A stretch of DNA of 64,000 bases, from assembly GCF_001194135.2 (NCBI RefSeq), contig NC_068988.1, forward strand, positions 50,544,227-50,608,226, written 5' to 3'. Numbering within the stretch: the stretch's first letter is position 1; the number at the start of each line of letters is the position of its first letter. The translations under genes were made by a program, and so were the position numbers. The notes beneath the pieces are model-generated. The model saw nothing but the letters and a program-made list of their open reading frames with translations. It made no database searches and was not told the origin of the DNA. Shown here in pieces: positions 14,901 through 28,300 of the stretch. Origin of the DNA: Octopus bimaculoides. Lineage: Eukaryota.

Positions 14901-16139
14901 AATGTCATTGTCATCATTTAACATCTGGAAAGCAGATGTTAAATGATGACATAGGTTAGATGGCTTGATTGGAACTGGTAAGCTGCACCAGGTTCCAGTC
15001 TGATTTGGCATGGTTTCTACAGTTGGATATCCTTCCTAACGCCAACCAATCCAAGAGTGTAATGGGTGCATTTTACAGGCCACTGGCATCAGTGCCAGTC
15101 ACATGATACCGGCATTGGCCATGACTATGATTTCACTTGGCTTGATGAGTCTTCTCAAGGAATGTAGAGAACAAATTTCTTTTAGCAAACTTCCATAAGT
15201 GTTTTGCCCAGAAACTCAATGAAATGCCAGCAATAAGTTTGAACTCACAACTTGTGAACAGACAATCTATACACCCTATCCACCTAAGCCAACTCACCTC
15301 ACAACACAACTGTATTAAATGTAATACTAAAAGAAACTTTGTTTATTTGATTAATAGTTATCTAGGAAAGTTGCATAATTATGTTAATAAGAAACAATAG
15401 CACTTCAGCTGACCTGAGATCCACAGAGTGCATATGTGGCCAGGGAACCATCTGAATTTTATAAACTTGGCATTATAAAGTTTTTGAGTCACTGACAGCT
15501 TGTCCTTTGTAGTCACAACATATTCTTTTATTCTTTCATTTGTTTCAGTCATTTGACTGTGGCCATGCTAGAGCACTGCCTTTTAGTCAAACAAATCAAC
15601 CACAGGACTTATTTTTTGTAAGCCTAGTACATATTTTATCAGTCGCTTTTACAGGGATGTAAACATACCAACATCGGTTATCAAGCAATGATGGGGGGAA
15701 CAAACACAGACACACAAACATATAGATATATATATATACACGACAGGCTTTTTTCAGTTTCCGTCTACCAAATCTACTCACAAGGCTTTGGTCAGCCCGA
15801 GGCTATAGCAGCAGACACTTGCCCAAGGTGCCAAGCAGCGGGACTGAATCTGGAACCATGTGGTTGGTAAGCAAGCCATTTACCACAGAGCCATATATGT
15901 TTGAAGTTAGTGTTTGTTTTTAAAAATTAATTTCAAAGCTACAAGTCATATTCACTGTAAAAATGACTTGATATAGGAGCAGAGTCTAAATATTTTATTA
16001 GACGGAAATACAATGTGACTGTGACATCGAAGTTTTGCCGGAAACAGCTCTGTTTACCAAGCCATTGCCAGTGAAATCTGAGTCACACTTATCCCTCTAT
16101 TTCTCTCTAATGAAATACATGTGTATGTTTGTCTATATC

Positions 16140-16177
<38 letters not shown>

Positions 16178-18807
16178 TATTTTCTTAAATGTCAGTTGGC
16201 ATTTCCCCTTTAAATCTTAATATAAAGAGGACATTAGTTATAGGATGATATAATACATTAGCAATAAGACCCACCGTGACTGCAGACTCAGTGTCTTGTT
16301 ACTATATCCTACTATGCAGACAGATACAGACCTAAAATGAACCAATACGGGAGCCTCTATTCTACCTTGTAACCTGCTAGAAAAAGTAGCTACATCTCTC
16401 TGAAACTTTGTCCTGACATTTAAATATGTGGAAGGCACATAGGATAAAATAGTCTTTGGTACCCTCTATCAGAAGAAAACAGCATAGGATAGGATAAGTC
16501 ATAGCTAGATTGCCTTTATTCAAATTTATTTGCCATCAGACCTAAACAACAGTTATATAATTTATCTAGTCATACAGTAATGACAGCGATTAATTTTTCT
16601 TTATACTATGCACACAGTAACTTATGATAACTATTCTAACACAGTTTAAATGTTTTGTCCCATTATACAACAGCAAAATTGTTTTTCCCCACTTCCCCAA
16701 CGCCATCTCATATTTAAAAAAAACAAACTGAAAATTAAGCAACAATAACCTTGAAAAAGAATGATTCACACAAAAGAGAGATAATGGGAGCCTACACTTA
16801 AAATAGTTAAATGTAACACACATTGCTATGAGTGTCACAGAACTAGTTTTATAACTTGTTTGGACAAATTATAATTCATTAGTTTAGTTTAAAATTTTAT
16901 GTGCTACTTCAATAACACTTGTTTGTATAAATTTTTTTTTTTTTTTAAAAAGGAACCGGTATTTTACAATACTTCTATTTCATCACTGTCTGTCTTCTAG
17001 TGTTTCTTTTTCTTTTTGTATATTTTGCTCTATTCTACATAAACTCACTGAAGATATTTCATTGAAAGAGAAGATAACAAAAAAATATATAAAAATGAGC
17101 AGCAAAATTAACCTCATATCTGAGACAACCACATCATCATTAACTTTCTCACCTTGCAGTACTTGTGTGCCAACAAAGAAACTTTTACATGTCTCTTCAA
17201 CCTGCTACTTATAACAGTTATATTTCCTTAAAACAGTTCATTTTCACATACTTGGGTACAATACAATCTGTCTCCATTTTCCTTCATGTTAATGTTTTAA
17301 TGAAATATGGCGTAGAGCAATTTTTAACTTATCCTGTTCCATCAAGTAAACTAGATTAGAGTTATGTATCTTGATCAGGGGCATAAAGCAATGACAACTG
17401 TAAGATCTGAATTTAGCATGTTGCCAAGTGCCCAGCACCTTAACTGTCACCACTCAGTAGTCTAGTAATATATATCTTCGGTATATTTAATAGCATAAAG
17501 GATTCCACAATTATGCTTGTATAGAAAATGTTGAGGTATTATCTATTTTTATAGCTAGATCCAGCTACCTCACTTTAATTATACCCCAGCAAAGTGAAGA
17601 TAGGCTCCCATTGATCCAGGTAAACTAAAGCAAGCGGGGGAGTATGTCCACTACTATGGGCAGAAGCCAGACTGACTGAGGCACAGTATTACAGATGAAA
17701 TAAGGCAAACAATATGATCAGGTTTATTGCACTGAGAAAAATTCTTCTTCCCTATCTGGTAGGTTTTGTTCTGATGGGATATTTAATACTGTCACAATCC
17801 AGTCACAGCACGTCAGTACATTCAGGACCTGCTTTTGAAATTCCCCAAATCCTCCCTCACAAATCTAAAAGTATCAAATTTCATGCCTTTTTCTTTAAAA
17901 AAAAAATACAAAAAGTATATATATCAATTCACTCTCCTTAAAACTCTTTACATATGCATGTGTGTGTGCATGACTATTCACATTCCATACCTCTGCTTGT
18001 CATTATCAAAATGAAATGGTGACATGTTTATATTCCTTGTTAACATTATGCTCTGTGCCATTGAAGATCAATGAAATATAAAAAACCCATACTTGAAAAA
18101 TAGTTAAAGGTTGGTGACAGGGAGGGCAACCAGCTGTAAAATGCTGCCTCAAGTAAGCCACTGCTCAGTTCATGCTAGCATAGAGACACTAACATTAAAG
18201 AAACAAGTGAACAAACTACATATTTCTTCTACTTCTTGTTGGAAATTCATTTAAAGTATTTTCTCAACTGTGATGGAATCTTTGTTAATGTAGAAAGGTT
18301 GCTATCAATTTCATTATGAAATTTTATCATGCAACAGTAGTAGCAGAGGTGAGCACAAGTCAGTGAAGTGGGAGCCTCTATATGGTCATTTGATATGATA
18401 GAAATACTAGAAAAGCAGCTAAGTCACACACTACTCATCATCATTTAACGTCTGTGTTTCATGCTAGTATGGGTGGGACAGTACCATAAGAGCCGGCCAT
18501 GCTGAAGCTTGCACCAGACTTTTATGACTATTTTGGCAGGATTTTTACAACTGGATGACCTTCCTAACACCAACCACTCAGTAGAGTGGAATTAGTGCTT
18601 TTTATGCGGCACCAGCACAGGCGAGGTCAGTTTTGGCAAGGTGTTTACAGTTGGATGCCCTTCTGAACACCAACCACTTTACAGTGTGACCTAGGTGCTT
18701 TTAAGTGGCACCTGCACTGATGGGGTCATGAGGATACTTGGCCGGAGAGAGATAGGTTAGGAATAAAGACAGAACCAGGTGTGCTGCTGCAAAGAAAATA
18801 AATGGTT

Positions 18808-18881
<74 letters not shown>

Positions 18882-21800
18882 NNNNNNNNNNNNNNNNNNN
18901 NNNNNNNNNNNNNNNNNNNNNNNNNNNNNNNNNNNNNNNNNNNNNNNNNNNNNNNNNNNNNNNNNNNNNNNNNNNNNNNNNNNNNNNNNNNNNNNNNNNN
19001 NNNNNNNNNNNNNNNNNNNNNNNNNNNNNNNNNNNNNNNNNNNNNNNNNNNNNNNNNNNNNNNNNNNNNNNNNNNNNNNNNNNNNNNNNNNNNNNNNNNN
19101 NNNNNNNNNNNNNNNNNNNNNNNNNNNNNNNNNNNNNNNNNNNNNNNNNNNNNNNNNNNNNNNNNNNNNNNNNNNNNNNNNNNNNNNNNNNNNNNNNNNN
19201 NNNNNNNNNNNNNNNNNNNNNNNNNNNGTGGAATATTAATGGTGATTCCTGATCTTTCTCTCTCCGGCCGAGTAACCTTGTACTTACTCTTCAGTAAGAC
19301 ACCTGTATCTGCCTAACTATAACCTTTTCATCACCATCTCCTCCAATACTTCATTCCTTCTTAAAAGTTTTTGTCTTGCAAGCACTTGGTGAGTCTGTCA
19401 GTGCAGGTGCCACTTAAAAGCACCCAGTCCACAATGTAAAGTGGTTGGTGTTCGGAAGAGCATCCAGCTGTAAAAACCTTGCCGAAACTGACCTCGCCTG
19501 TGCTTGTGCCACATAAAAAGCACTAATTCCACTCTCCTGAGTGGTTGGTGTTAGGAAGGGCATCTAGCAGATGGCAATAATAAAGTGAGACAAGGTATGT
19601 GGGTAGAACACTACTATTTATAAAAAAGAAAAAAAAAAAAGGGAAAGACATCATCAAAAATGGAGTCTTAGACAATCACCACAAAGTCCAGTCACTGTTG
19701 TGGTGGCTTATGTGCCTCAATGGCTGAGAGCTATGCTAGCAGAGCACAAGCTCCTGCCTGCTAGGGCCTCACATGCTGAATAGATCAAAGAACAGAAGCC
19801 AGACTAATATGAACCACTTTTCCTTGAGTTTGCATTGGGCCAACACTCCTATCTAGAAAAAGACACTTAAAGAAAGAATGACAATTCATAAACAACAAGA
19901 CCTGGGAGACAACCTAGAGTTGAGAACAGTGGAGAAACATCATTGATGACCTATGCTCCATTGGGAGTGAAGGTCATGGTTGGAATAGTTTGAACATAAA
20001 TCTGCTCAATCAGAGTGGTACGTGGCTAAACAACAACCACAAAAAAATAGTCACAATAGTAGATGTTCTAAGGTCCCATTACTAATCTTAGTAGTTGCTT
20101 CCTACATGGATGAAAGGTAAAAGCGACACTGGTAGAATTTGATCTCAGAAAGTAAAGAGACAACTAAATACTGCAAAACATTGAACCAGTACTGCCATGC
20201 TACCAGCTCTATGTCAATAACAGTTAATAAGCAAGGACCCTATCAACTAAGTTGTAGATTTCATTACTCAATAGTGTTTATGATATCATCAATCACCATG
20301 TTGTTTACTAAATGTCAAACAAGAATTTGTTTGATATTGATGTCATTAGGTTATTTTTGTCACGAGCTGTAAGAATTGATAGAACATTGGGAAAAAATGC
20401 CTTGTGGTATTTTCTCTGGCTCTGTGTGTTCTGTGTTCAAATCCTGCCAAAGTCAAATATTAATGTAAGTTAGGTGTAAGATAAACACTTCAGAAAGACA
20501 CACTTGGAAATAAAACAGAATCAGGAATACTATATTCTTTTCTTTTAACTGGATTGGGTCTCCAGATCTTTGTGTTTCAATTATCTTATAGATGCTTAAT
20601 ATGTATGATGGCAAGAGAGTACAGTGAGTATGGCTGAGGTGTGGAGAGAGGATACTGAAAAGAGTAAGAGAAAAATGAAGGGTGAGGAAGAGAGAGAGAG
20701 AGAGAGAGTTAATTCCATCCATGACAGAGGGTTGTTGTGGGCAGTTTATGTCTGCTTAAAGGAATTTAGAACACATAACAGAAATAATATCTCAATGTCA
20801 AATTGAGAGAGAGAGAGAGGGGGGGGAGAAGAGGAAGAAAATTTGAATTGCGTCAAAATCTGCCAAAATGGATTGGAGTTGATCATATAAACACATCTTT
20901 GGTGACTAAGACAGAGGTGGGAGCGGTGAGAAGACTTGATCTGATAGAACCAGAGATTAGTAGTAACAGTGGTTGGAACAGAAATAGGCTAAGAAAACTA
21001 AGTGTGGTGGTTGAAAGAATTTCAAGCATTGGTAGATAAAGGGGAACATGAGGGGCTGTATCTAAACAGGACTTCAACCAATGGTTGATGTTAAGCAGCT
21101 CTAGTCAGCAAACCTCACATGATAAGCTGTCAATACAATCCAGTGTGAGAGCCTCTATGTAAGTCACTCAACTCACCTAATATAGTCATTTGATAAAGTC
21201 AGTGTAGCAACCCAATAATTCTTCAACAAATTCCAAATGTCTTAAAAATCAAGCTCAAGTTTTAACTTTACTATAACATATTCACATTCTTGCTTCCTAG
21301 AACCCACAACAAATTCTTTCTCACTGAAACTATATCTCTCTTTAACAGTTTCTCCTTTATCTCAGCCTTTTACCAAACATTAATTTCCTAATTATTCAAA
21401 CAAGTTAACTACAACTATACTATACCGTAGATACCCTAATCAGCACGAATTGCTATCAAAAGGGAGAGCCGGCCAGGTTCTCTGACTCCTTATCACCATT
21501 TCTTTCTGATAACAATTGTGATGACCTCATTTTTCTCAAAATACATTAGAAATGAAAGTAAAGTGACATGGTGACAATAATTTTTATCATTTAACTGTAA
21601 TTAGTCAATAAACCTAAACAATAAGCTTGCTGTCACTCCCATATTGTATTTTCTTGATTTGGCTTCTATTTCATCAAACTTGTCAATTTTTTTCTCTATG
21701 AAAATCCATGGTTAGTTATAGAAACATGTAACAGTGTATTGGATCCCTAAGAATAGCAACCTCATAGACCCTCCAAACCGTTGGTTTATTTCTCTCAACT

Positions 21801-24800
21801 TTCAGTATGTTAAAGGTGATAGAAAATGATCAACTTTATATTGTCCTGTTTCCCACTTTCTAGCCAAAGACTCCTGGAACGCTTACCAAATAATCAGTCA
21901 AAAAGAGATAAGTAACACATCTAAACAAAAGCAAAATTATTGCTGTTGATACAAGTAGAACCTTCACTAAATCTAACACAAGAACTTTTTAACAAAGTTG
22001 CCTGCATAGTTCCACTTGTCTGTCTTTGCATGGATTGGAAAATTCATTCTCCTGCAAACAAAGTTGTTGAAAAGAAACCACAATCTAGTCTCTTTCAACA
22101 TTACAATGATCACAAGACATATCAAGGAAACATACCTCTGACACTTTCTCTAGCCATAATCACAGTTAAATCCTCTACACTCTGCCTAACTATTTGGTAT
22201 CACAATCTTCAATGACATTTTATGGCATAGTCTAGAGCAGGCCTGGCAAACTTGAATTACATTGTGGGCCACTTCACACATAGAAAGATTTTTGAGGGCT
22301 GCTTGTATACTGACAGAATTGAAAGCATTTTGCTTTCTCATGCTATTATTACAATAATGAATGAATGATTATTGTTTCAACATGAAATACTATCGTTGCA
22401 AAAACAATAGTATCTTCCTTTTTTACTTTTTACTACAATCTTTAATTTTTGATAAAATTTTACAATTTTTTGTTTAAATAAACCCATTTCAAGAATGTAT
22501 GAAGCGGACCACAAGATAAAAGTCTGTGGGCTGCATGCGGCCTGTGGGCCTTAAGATTGGCCAGCCCTGGTGCAGAGCAATGTTCCCCAGCCTTTTATGT
22601 CTCATGCCCTATTTTGATTTTCCAAAAAAAGTGTGCCCTGCCATGAATGGACAAATTTAGTATAGAGCATATATAAATTCAAAAGACGTTCCAGCAAAAA
22701 CTTTATTGCAAGGTTTATTCCATTGTTATCAACTTATGCCCTATTTTGATGTAAACCATGCCCCACCAATTTCAGTAACACTGGTCTAGATTATATCTCA
22801 AAAGCTGGGTTCATTTTCCAAGACCAGAAAATATACAGTTTCTGAACAGATGCTACATTAGAGAATTTCTTAAATATCCTGAATGGTAGAGCCAAACCAC
22901 AACCAAATAAAAATTATCTGATTGCCTGGTAAACCTTCATTTACTACTGCCTCAATGCCTGTCCTCTTCTCTCTTCTATATACTGCAACAACTACCTTTG
23001 CTCGCTGTCGACTTGAAAGCTGTGTACCAGACCGACTTGATGCACCTGCTCCTCTCACTCAGAACTTCATACATTTGGAATTCCTTTCCAGTTCACATCT
23101 CCCTTACAAGAAATCAATAAAAGAAGTTGAAACCAATGAACAGACTGACTGCTTTTTGCAGTTACATCAAGTCTAATAAATTTCCAAGTCCATTATACTA
23201 GTCTGCATATAACCTCTGCAATACTGAATCAATTTTCTACAGTGAATTTAGAGGAATACTGAAATTGTAACAACTTTCATAGCACAGAATACCAAACTGA
23301 TCAAGTCACAATGACATCAAAGTTTTTAGCTCTGAGATAAAATTAGCTTCAACATGTGAGCACACAGTTACTGAGCAACTATTATCTTAATTCTTATAGA
23401 AATATAAATGCCTTAAGTTGCCAGAATTCAGTTAGAAAGCAGAACTCAAGAAATTTCTTTTTCTGTTGTTGAAATAAAAATAATTTATTATCCAAAATAC
23501 TTAGAATATTCCAAAAGAATGGAAAATAAAACTGATGAGATACAAATAAAATGATAAAAGCAGAGACATTATCTCATAAATCAAGAAGAAATATAAAAGG
23601 AGAAAATTAAAAGAACAAGATGAAAGAATAAATAAAATATGTTGGAAACATAATACACTTATTCATCAGCTATTCAAAACAGATTCTATCTTGTTTAAGA
23701 ACTAAAATGGATCTTTAATGTTGGGCAAGTTATGTCTTAACAACAGTAAATTTGGGAAGAATAAAAAAAGCTAAGAACAAACATTTAGGAAACAGAAATA
23801 CATGTTCACATTTTTGAGTCAGCTATACAATATTTTGTGATTTATGACTCAGTATGTTTTTGAGATTCCATACAAGCTGTAGACGTTGCATGAGCAAAAA
23901 TGGAAGTGCTTTTAGGTCTCTGTGTGTGTGTGAGAGAGAGAAATGCATGCCATCATCTTGTATTCATTTCAATCATTAGACTGTGGGCCATGTTGGGGCA
24001 CCAACTCGAAGTGTTTAGTCAAACAAACTAACCTCAGTCCTGATCTTGCACTGAGTTGACATTGTCTGTCTTACAACTTCTTTAACAGATGGAGCTTTTA
24101 TTGTTGAGTAGTCCAAATCATGATTGACCAGACTTAGCCTTGCATGCAACCACTAACACAAGGGTTGTGACATGCTGAATTGCATATAACTTTCATCAGC
24201 ATTATATTGTATCTAGAGCCCCCGATTCAGATTGCCAGACATTGCTAAGTGATCAGTAGCTCATCTATTACCAACACTCTATTGTATCTATGGCAAAGAT
24301 ACATACCTCTCAATGACTAAGTCTACTTAACTCGAAGTTGATAGCAAAGGATAGTGTATTTTAGCACCTTGAGCAATGGCAGCACTAACTGGCTTTTGGC
24401 ACTGGGTTCAATTTCTCTTATCCAAAAGACTTTTCTCCCCACTTAATGTACCTGCAGAAAACTAAGCATCATCAGAAACTCACAGTGATATACAACCACC
24501 TTTATGCTCACAACTAAATATATCTGTAGGTTAAAGTAAATAGAAAATGGTGTCGCTTTTTCCAGGTAATGACATCTGCTTTAAAACTGGCAAAGACTTA
24601 ATGATCACTGTCCTGAAATGCCACATAGTTAACTACCACATTGAATAGTGACATGAGATCAAGACCATACTGAAGTATGACATCCATAAAATGCAGAGCA
24701 ACAGGTTTAAATGAGGTCAACTGCTTAGCATTGATAATTTTTTTGTTCATTAACAATAAGTCTAGTCTAGGTAAAACTATGTGGTTATGAGTTCTGTTTT

Positions 24801-25338
24801 TGGTAGGCCAACAGTAGGACAGTATTTAGAAAGAAGTTTACATTTTGGAGATTACAATTTAGATAAAAACTGCATTTGCCAACATTCTAAACCACTTTTA
24901 TTGGTTTAGAATGCAAAATGAATAAAATAATTTCTCTGATGACACACACTGACTGAACAGTTTCTTTTTGTGTCAATACACATTTATATACCTTACTTCA
25001 TATACTATGCCTGGATTGATTCAGATTTTCACAAGAATCACAGTAAAACTACAAAAATTATACTGTCGAGTCAATGAATCAAAACAATGAAGTCTTAGGT
25101 AGCAAAACTGAATCACAGGCTGATATCATTGTACTAATAAACATATTTCTTTACCTAAAGATGCTAGCATGTCATGGAGATCTTCTTTGTCAATTAGTCC
25201 ATCTTTGTTTTGGTCAATCATATTGAAAGCTTCTTTAAATTCCTGAATTTGAGCTTGATCAAACATAGCAAAGACATTTGAGGTCGCACGTTGTGCCCTC
25301 TTCTTTGTCGTCTTTCCTTTGGCTTTACGGCTCGACAT
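3164..25338 (-). CDS. MYL12/sqh: Non-muscle myosin II regulatory light chain, partial: join(25338-25155, 3325-3164); last coding exon is left of the window
   Basis: Spliced translation [116 protein letters not shown]. It has the intact RATSNVF phosphorylation motif (Thr18/Ser19) and the EF-hand loop [16 protein letters not shown] sites join phase 1 to phase 1. Confidence 0.97.
5696..5842 (-). pseudogene. Short fragment of the same CR1-group LINE
   Basis: Aligns by eye to 39575-39720 (GATTTGAGGAGGATTGCTGGGAAACCAT...). Confidence 0.8.
5911..6120 (+). mobile_element. Family D retroposon, 3' part
   Basis: Core GAGTGGTTGGCGTAAGGAAGGCCATTCATCTGTAG and tail CAGCATGGAAAACAGATGTTAAACGATGATGATGAT. 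Confidence 0.8.
6630..6832 (+). mobile_element. tRNA SINE with Nin/Deu-like central domain (family C)
   Basis: B-box GAGTTCAAATTCC followed by GCCTTTCATCCTTTCGGGGTTGATAAATTAAGTACC, resembling the recalled Deu/Nin domain. Confidence 0.75.
8098..8310 (-). mobile_element. Family C SINE
   Basis: Reverse complement CTGGTACTTATTTTATCGACCCCGAAAG-ATGAAAG. Further degenerate copies lie at ~8360-8460, ~26352-26550 and ~45050-45110. Confidence 0.7.
8767..9124 (+). mobile_element. CORE-type tRNA SINE (family B) with internal TA/TG microsatellite
   Basis: tRNA-like head, CORE-like GGCACCTTGGGCAA, 3' box GGCGGTGCTCCAGCATGG-CAGTCAAATGACTG. Many partial copies occur across the window. Confidence 0.85.
11100..11500 (+). 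pseudogene. Penelope-like element GIY-YIG endonuclease remnant
   Basis: [15 protein letters not shown] (frameshift) [19 protein letters not shown]...WKIVE...[11 protein letters not shown] matches the recalled PLE pattern YIG.TE..FK.R..NH...LS..IW.LK...W.I...C.LC. Confidence 0.75.
11650..12400 (-). pseudogene. Probable second Penelope-like remnant (RT thumb to GIY-YIG)
   Basis: Ordered fragments [21 protein letters not shown] and [12 protein letters not shown] in shifting frames. Confidence 0.45.
14903..15165 (-). mobile_element. Family D retroposon
   Basis: Reverse-complement core GGATATCCTTCCTAACGCCAACCA and degenerate (ATC)n tail. Confidence 0.7.
15521..15894 (-). mobile_element. Family B CORE-type SINE, near full length
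   Basis: Reverse complement of 8767-9124. Confidence 0.85.
18435..18790 (-). mobile_element. Family D retroposon with doubled core
   Basis: (ATC)n tail at 18435 and two tandem GGATG(A/C)CCTTC..AACACCAACCAC cores. Confidence 0.8.
18809..18881. repeat. (GA)n microsatellite running into a gap
   Basis: Direct reading. Other notable microsatellites: (TG)n ~42897-42950, (TA)n ~47201-47272, (CA)n ~61089-61152 and many shorter TA/CA runs. Confidence 0.95.
18882..19227. other. Assembly gap (N run)
   Basis: Other gaps: 37063-37072, 52204-52750, 57626-57635, 59424-59598. Confidence 0.99.
19237..19568 (+). mobile_element. Family D retroposon with doubled core, tail missing
   Basis: 19398-19568 is the inverted counterpart of 18551-18720. 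Confidence 0.75.
22238..22569. mobile_element. hAT (Charlie-like) MITE 1
   Basis: Termini CAGGCCTGGCAA / TTGGCCAGCCCTG. 8-bp flanks GTCTAGAG (22230-22237) and GTGCAGAG (22570-22577) fit the NTCTAGAN target preference. Confidence 0.7.
22578..22783. mobile_element. hAT (Charlie-like) MITE 2, abutting MITE 1
   Basis: Termini CAATGTTCCCC / CAGTAACACTG; right flank GTCTAGAT at 22784-22791. Confidence 0.6.
25155..25338 (-). CDS. MYL12/sqh: Myosin regulatory light chain coding exon 1 (184 nt CDS; exon begins at 25342)
   Basis: Acceptor ttttctttctactttcag|CAAAATG, ATG at 25338-25336, donor TTAG|gtaaag at 25154. Encodes MSSRKAKG...DMLASL plus a split Gly. Confidence 0.97.
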
Positions 25339-28300
25339 TTTGCTGAAAGTAGAAAGAAAAATATAAGAAAAATATAAGAAAATCATTTTCAATATGAGAA
25401 CAGGAATCCCAATATTCATATTTTTCTCAACATATATATTTTTCACAAATTTCTTTTGAGATCATATTTTTTCTGATGTTTCACATTGGCAGTTCTTTAT
25501 ATTTTCTTTTCTTTTGTAAAATAAGATTTGAATGGATGAGCATATGGGCAGCATCTTAATTTCATTCCCAACTAATTTAAACACTTCAGTAAAAGTACTT
25601 TACATTTATCCATAACAATATTTGCATTAAACTTGTTTTTCTATGCATACAAATCTTTTTCTCTCTCATCATTAAATCCAAAACACTACAAAAATGGCAT
25701 GAATTTTTAAACCAAAGAATGTTGAAAGCTGACTCAAAATAATTACTAGGCCTTGAGTTGCTCTTTACATAGCTGCTACTGGTATCCTGTGTTAGATAAC
25801 ACTCCATCTCATCTGTGAAGATGTGGAACAACATTTAATAGTCTGTTTCATATTAGCTGTGAGTATCTAAATGTTTCTCATTTTGACATTTATTGCAGAG
25901 TTTAAAAAATACACAATAAAGAGAAATTTTGTTTTTATATACCAGAAAAATATTTGTTATAAATGGTAAAAATATAAAGTTTATCTTCAAACTAGATCAT
26001 CAAATAGTATCTATTCAACCCCCAGTTAAAATTTCACACTAATCTTAACCTCTCTAGCTTTCCATTAAATGTTGACAATATCTCATCAAAATACTCTTCC
26101 ATGTTCGCATGATTTGGGTGGTTCTGGGGGAGCTTGTATGTGATCCCTCAGTTTGCTAGAAATATCAGCCAGAGACTACATTAGACGATGCAGTTCTAGG
26201 CATAAAAAAAATAATGGTATGGTTACTACTGAAGGTATTTTATATCAACATCTGCTGAATTAAAACTGATCCAGGGTTAAGCAACAACAACAACAACAAA
26301 ATGTGAACAGTGACTTTGTTTTTTGTTCTTGACAACCAAAAGTACTTATACTAGGAGATAATCCTTTCTGTTACAGGTACAAGACCTAAAATTTGTGAGG
26401 AGGGGGCTAATCAATTACACTGATCCCAGTACTTGACTGGTACTTATTTCATCGATCCTGAAAGGATGAAAGGTAAAGCCGACCTTGGTGGCATTTGAAT
26501 TCAGAATATAAAAATGGATGAAATGCTGCTAATGATTCTGCCAGCTTGTAGAAAATAATATTATCCATTAACTTTGTTCTATATTATTGATATTCTATAC
26601 CAAAACAAGACTCAACTCAATCGAAACTGCTAATTAGAAATCAGAGAGAAGTCAGTGCTTAACACATTCCTCATCAGATTTCTGATAAATATCTGTGTAT
26701 TCATCTAAATTACCTCTGAAAATAATCAAAAATTTGGTGGACCAAATGTGTTAGCATTTCATGTTCCATTCGGATACCTTGTACACAAAATATTGAAATT
26801 GAACTAAAGAATCTACGCATACTTTTTACAGAGAACAAATATAAAACAAGTGCATTGATAACTTTTTACTGTTATTCAATCTATCTTATATGTATTTCAT
26901 TAACAATATGTGAAATGTAAAAACAGTTTTAATTTAAATACAAACATTTTAAGATAATATTTTTCTATCTTAGAACCAGAAGTAATTTCGGTGATGGTAT
27001 CAAATGATACCAATACTGTTATTCTGATCAAAGAATAATTTCATGGTTGAAAGATCCTTTCAGTAATAGCAAGTCATCCAACCTCAGTCTGAATGTGAAA
27101 TATTTTTTTTTTCATTGATAAATTAGTCCTTTAAATCAAATGATGAGTCAATCAGAGGATAGGCTGTCTGATTGAGTGATTCATCTTTATGAGTGTCCAA
27201 CTGAAACATTTTGATTTTAGGCATGAGGATATAGATTCATAGATATACATATGCATACGCGCACGCACACACAGCATCATATCAAGATGTTTCTCCATCT
27301 TATGGAAAAACAAAAACAGTCAGCAATATAACAACAATAAGCGAGTAAAGCCAGGACCAAAAGTATTCGTCATAATTACTGTTTCCCTTAAAAGTGATGT
27401 AGTAAATGTTATATAACACACGTAATAATTAAGGTTTATCTTCAATATCTGTCTCCCACTGTTATCTATACTCTCATTCATATTCAGATCACCTAACCCA
27501 TCACCACAAACACAATGAGAACAGTACATGGAGTTTATAATAAATCAGTTTTTCTATTTATTGAAGCTGGACATCAAGTACATAAAGCAAGCAAAAACCA
27601 GTATCAATACCAACAACATATCAATAAAGGCAGAATTCATTCATTTCCAATGAATAAATATATAAATAAACAAAATCACTCGCTCAACCAAAGCAAAGCT
27701 GAAAGTCAAGTGACACAATGAACTAATGAAGTAGCAATGTTTTATGAATGACTAACTAACCCACTTCCTGTTCCCTGATATCTCACCACCATACCATGCT
27801 GGCTAGTTATGAATCACTCACAACTCTTTTACATTCTTGATCATAAATGGTAATTCTCAAGCTAGTTTACTTGCTGTTAACAAGCCAAATATAGCTTCAT
27901 TCAGATGCAGATGATTTACCATGGCTCTTTATGTAACAGACTTCAAGAGGGAAGTAGTGATAAGGAAGAAAAATGCTATGTCAACTGTTGATTTCATTAA
28001 ACATAAGATCAGTTGTTTTGGGCAAGAATATATTGCCTAGACTACTGAATCAATCTCTGTAGGTTATTAGTATTTTAATGGGGAGCTGGTTGATACAAGT
28101 GGGGACTGAACAAAATTGTAATCATCAAGGTTATTTCACTTTGACATCTACTTGTTTTGATGGCACAAACTGGATGATCTTGCATTATCTTTATGAAATC
28201 AAACAACTTGAGATTTGATCTCACAGCTTCCTTGTATGTCTTACTTTACAAACAACAGACACCTTCTTCTATCATTACATCTATTACAGCACAATACTGC

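Noticed and set aside
21940-22215. ORF with [16 protein letters not shown], faintly like a Penelope RT thumb
   Set aside because: A single weak motif, not enough to call.
22860-23180. Overlapping ORFs with a Tc1-like phrase ([16 protein letters not shown])
   Set aside because: The similarity is too short and no TIRs or DDE motifs are nearby; not assignable.
27133-27217. C/D-box snoRNA-like arrangement (ATGATGA...CTGA with flanking complementarity)
   Set aside because: It is antisense to the host gene, the spacing between the D box and the terminal stem is non-canonical, and I recognised no rRNA-antisense guide.
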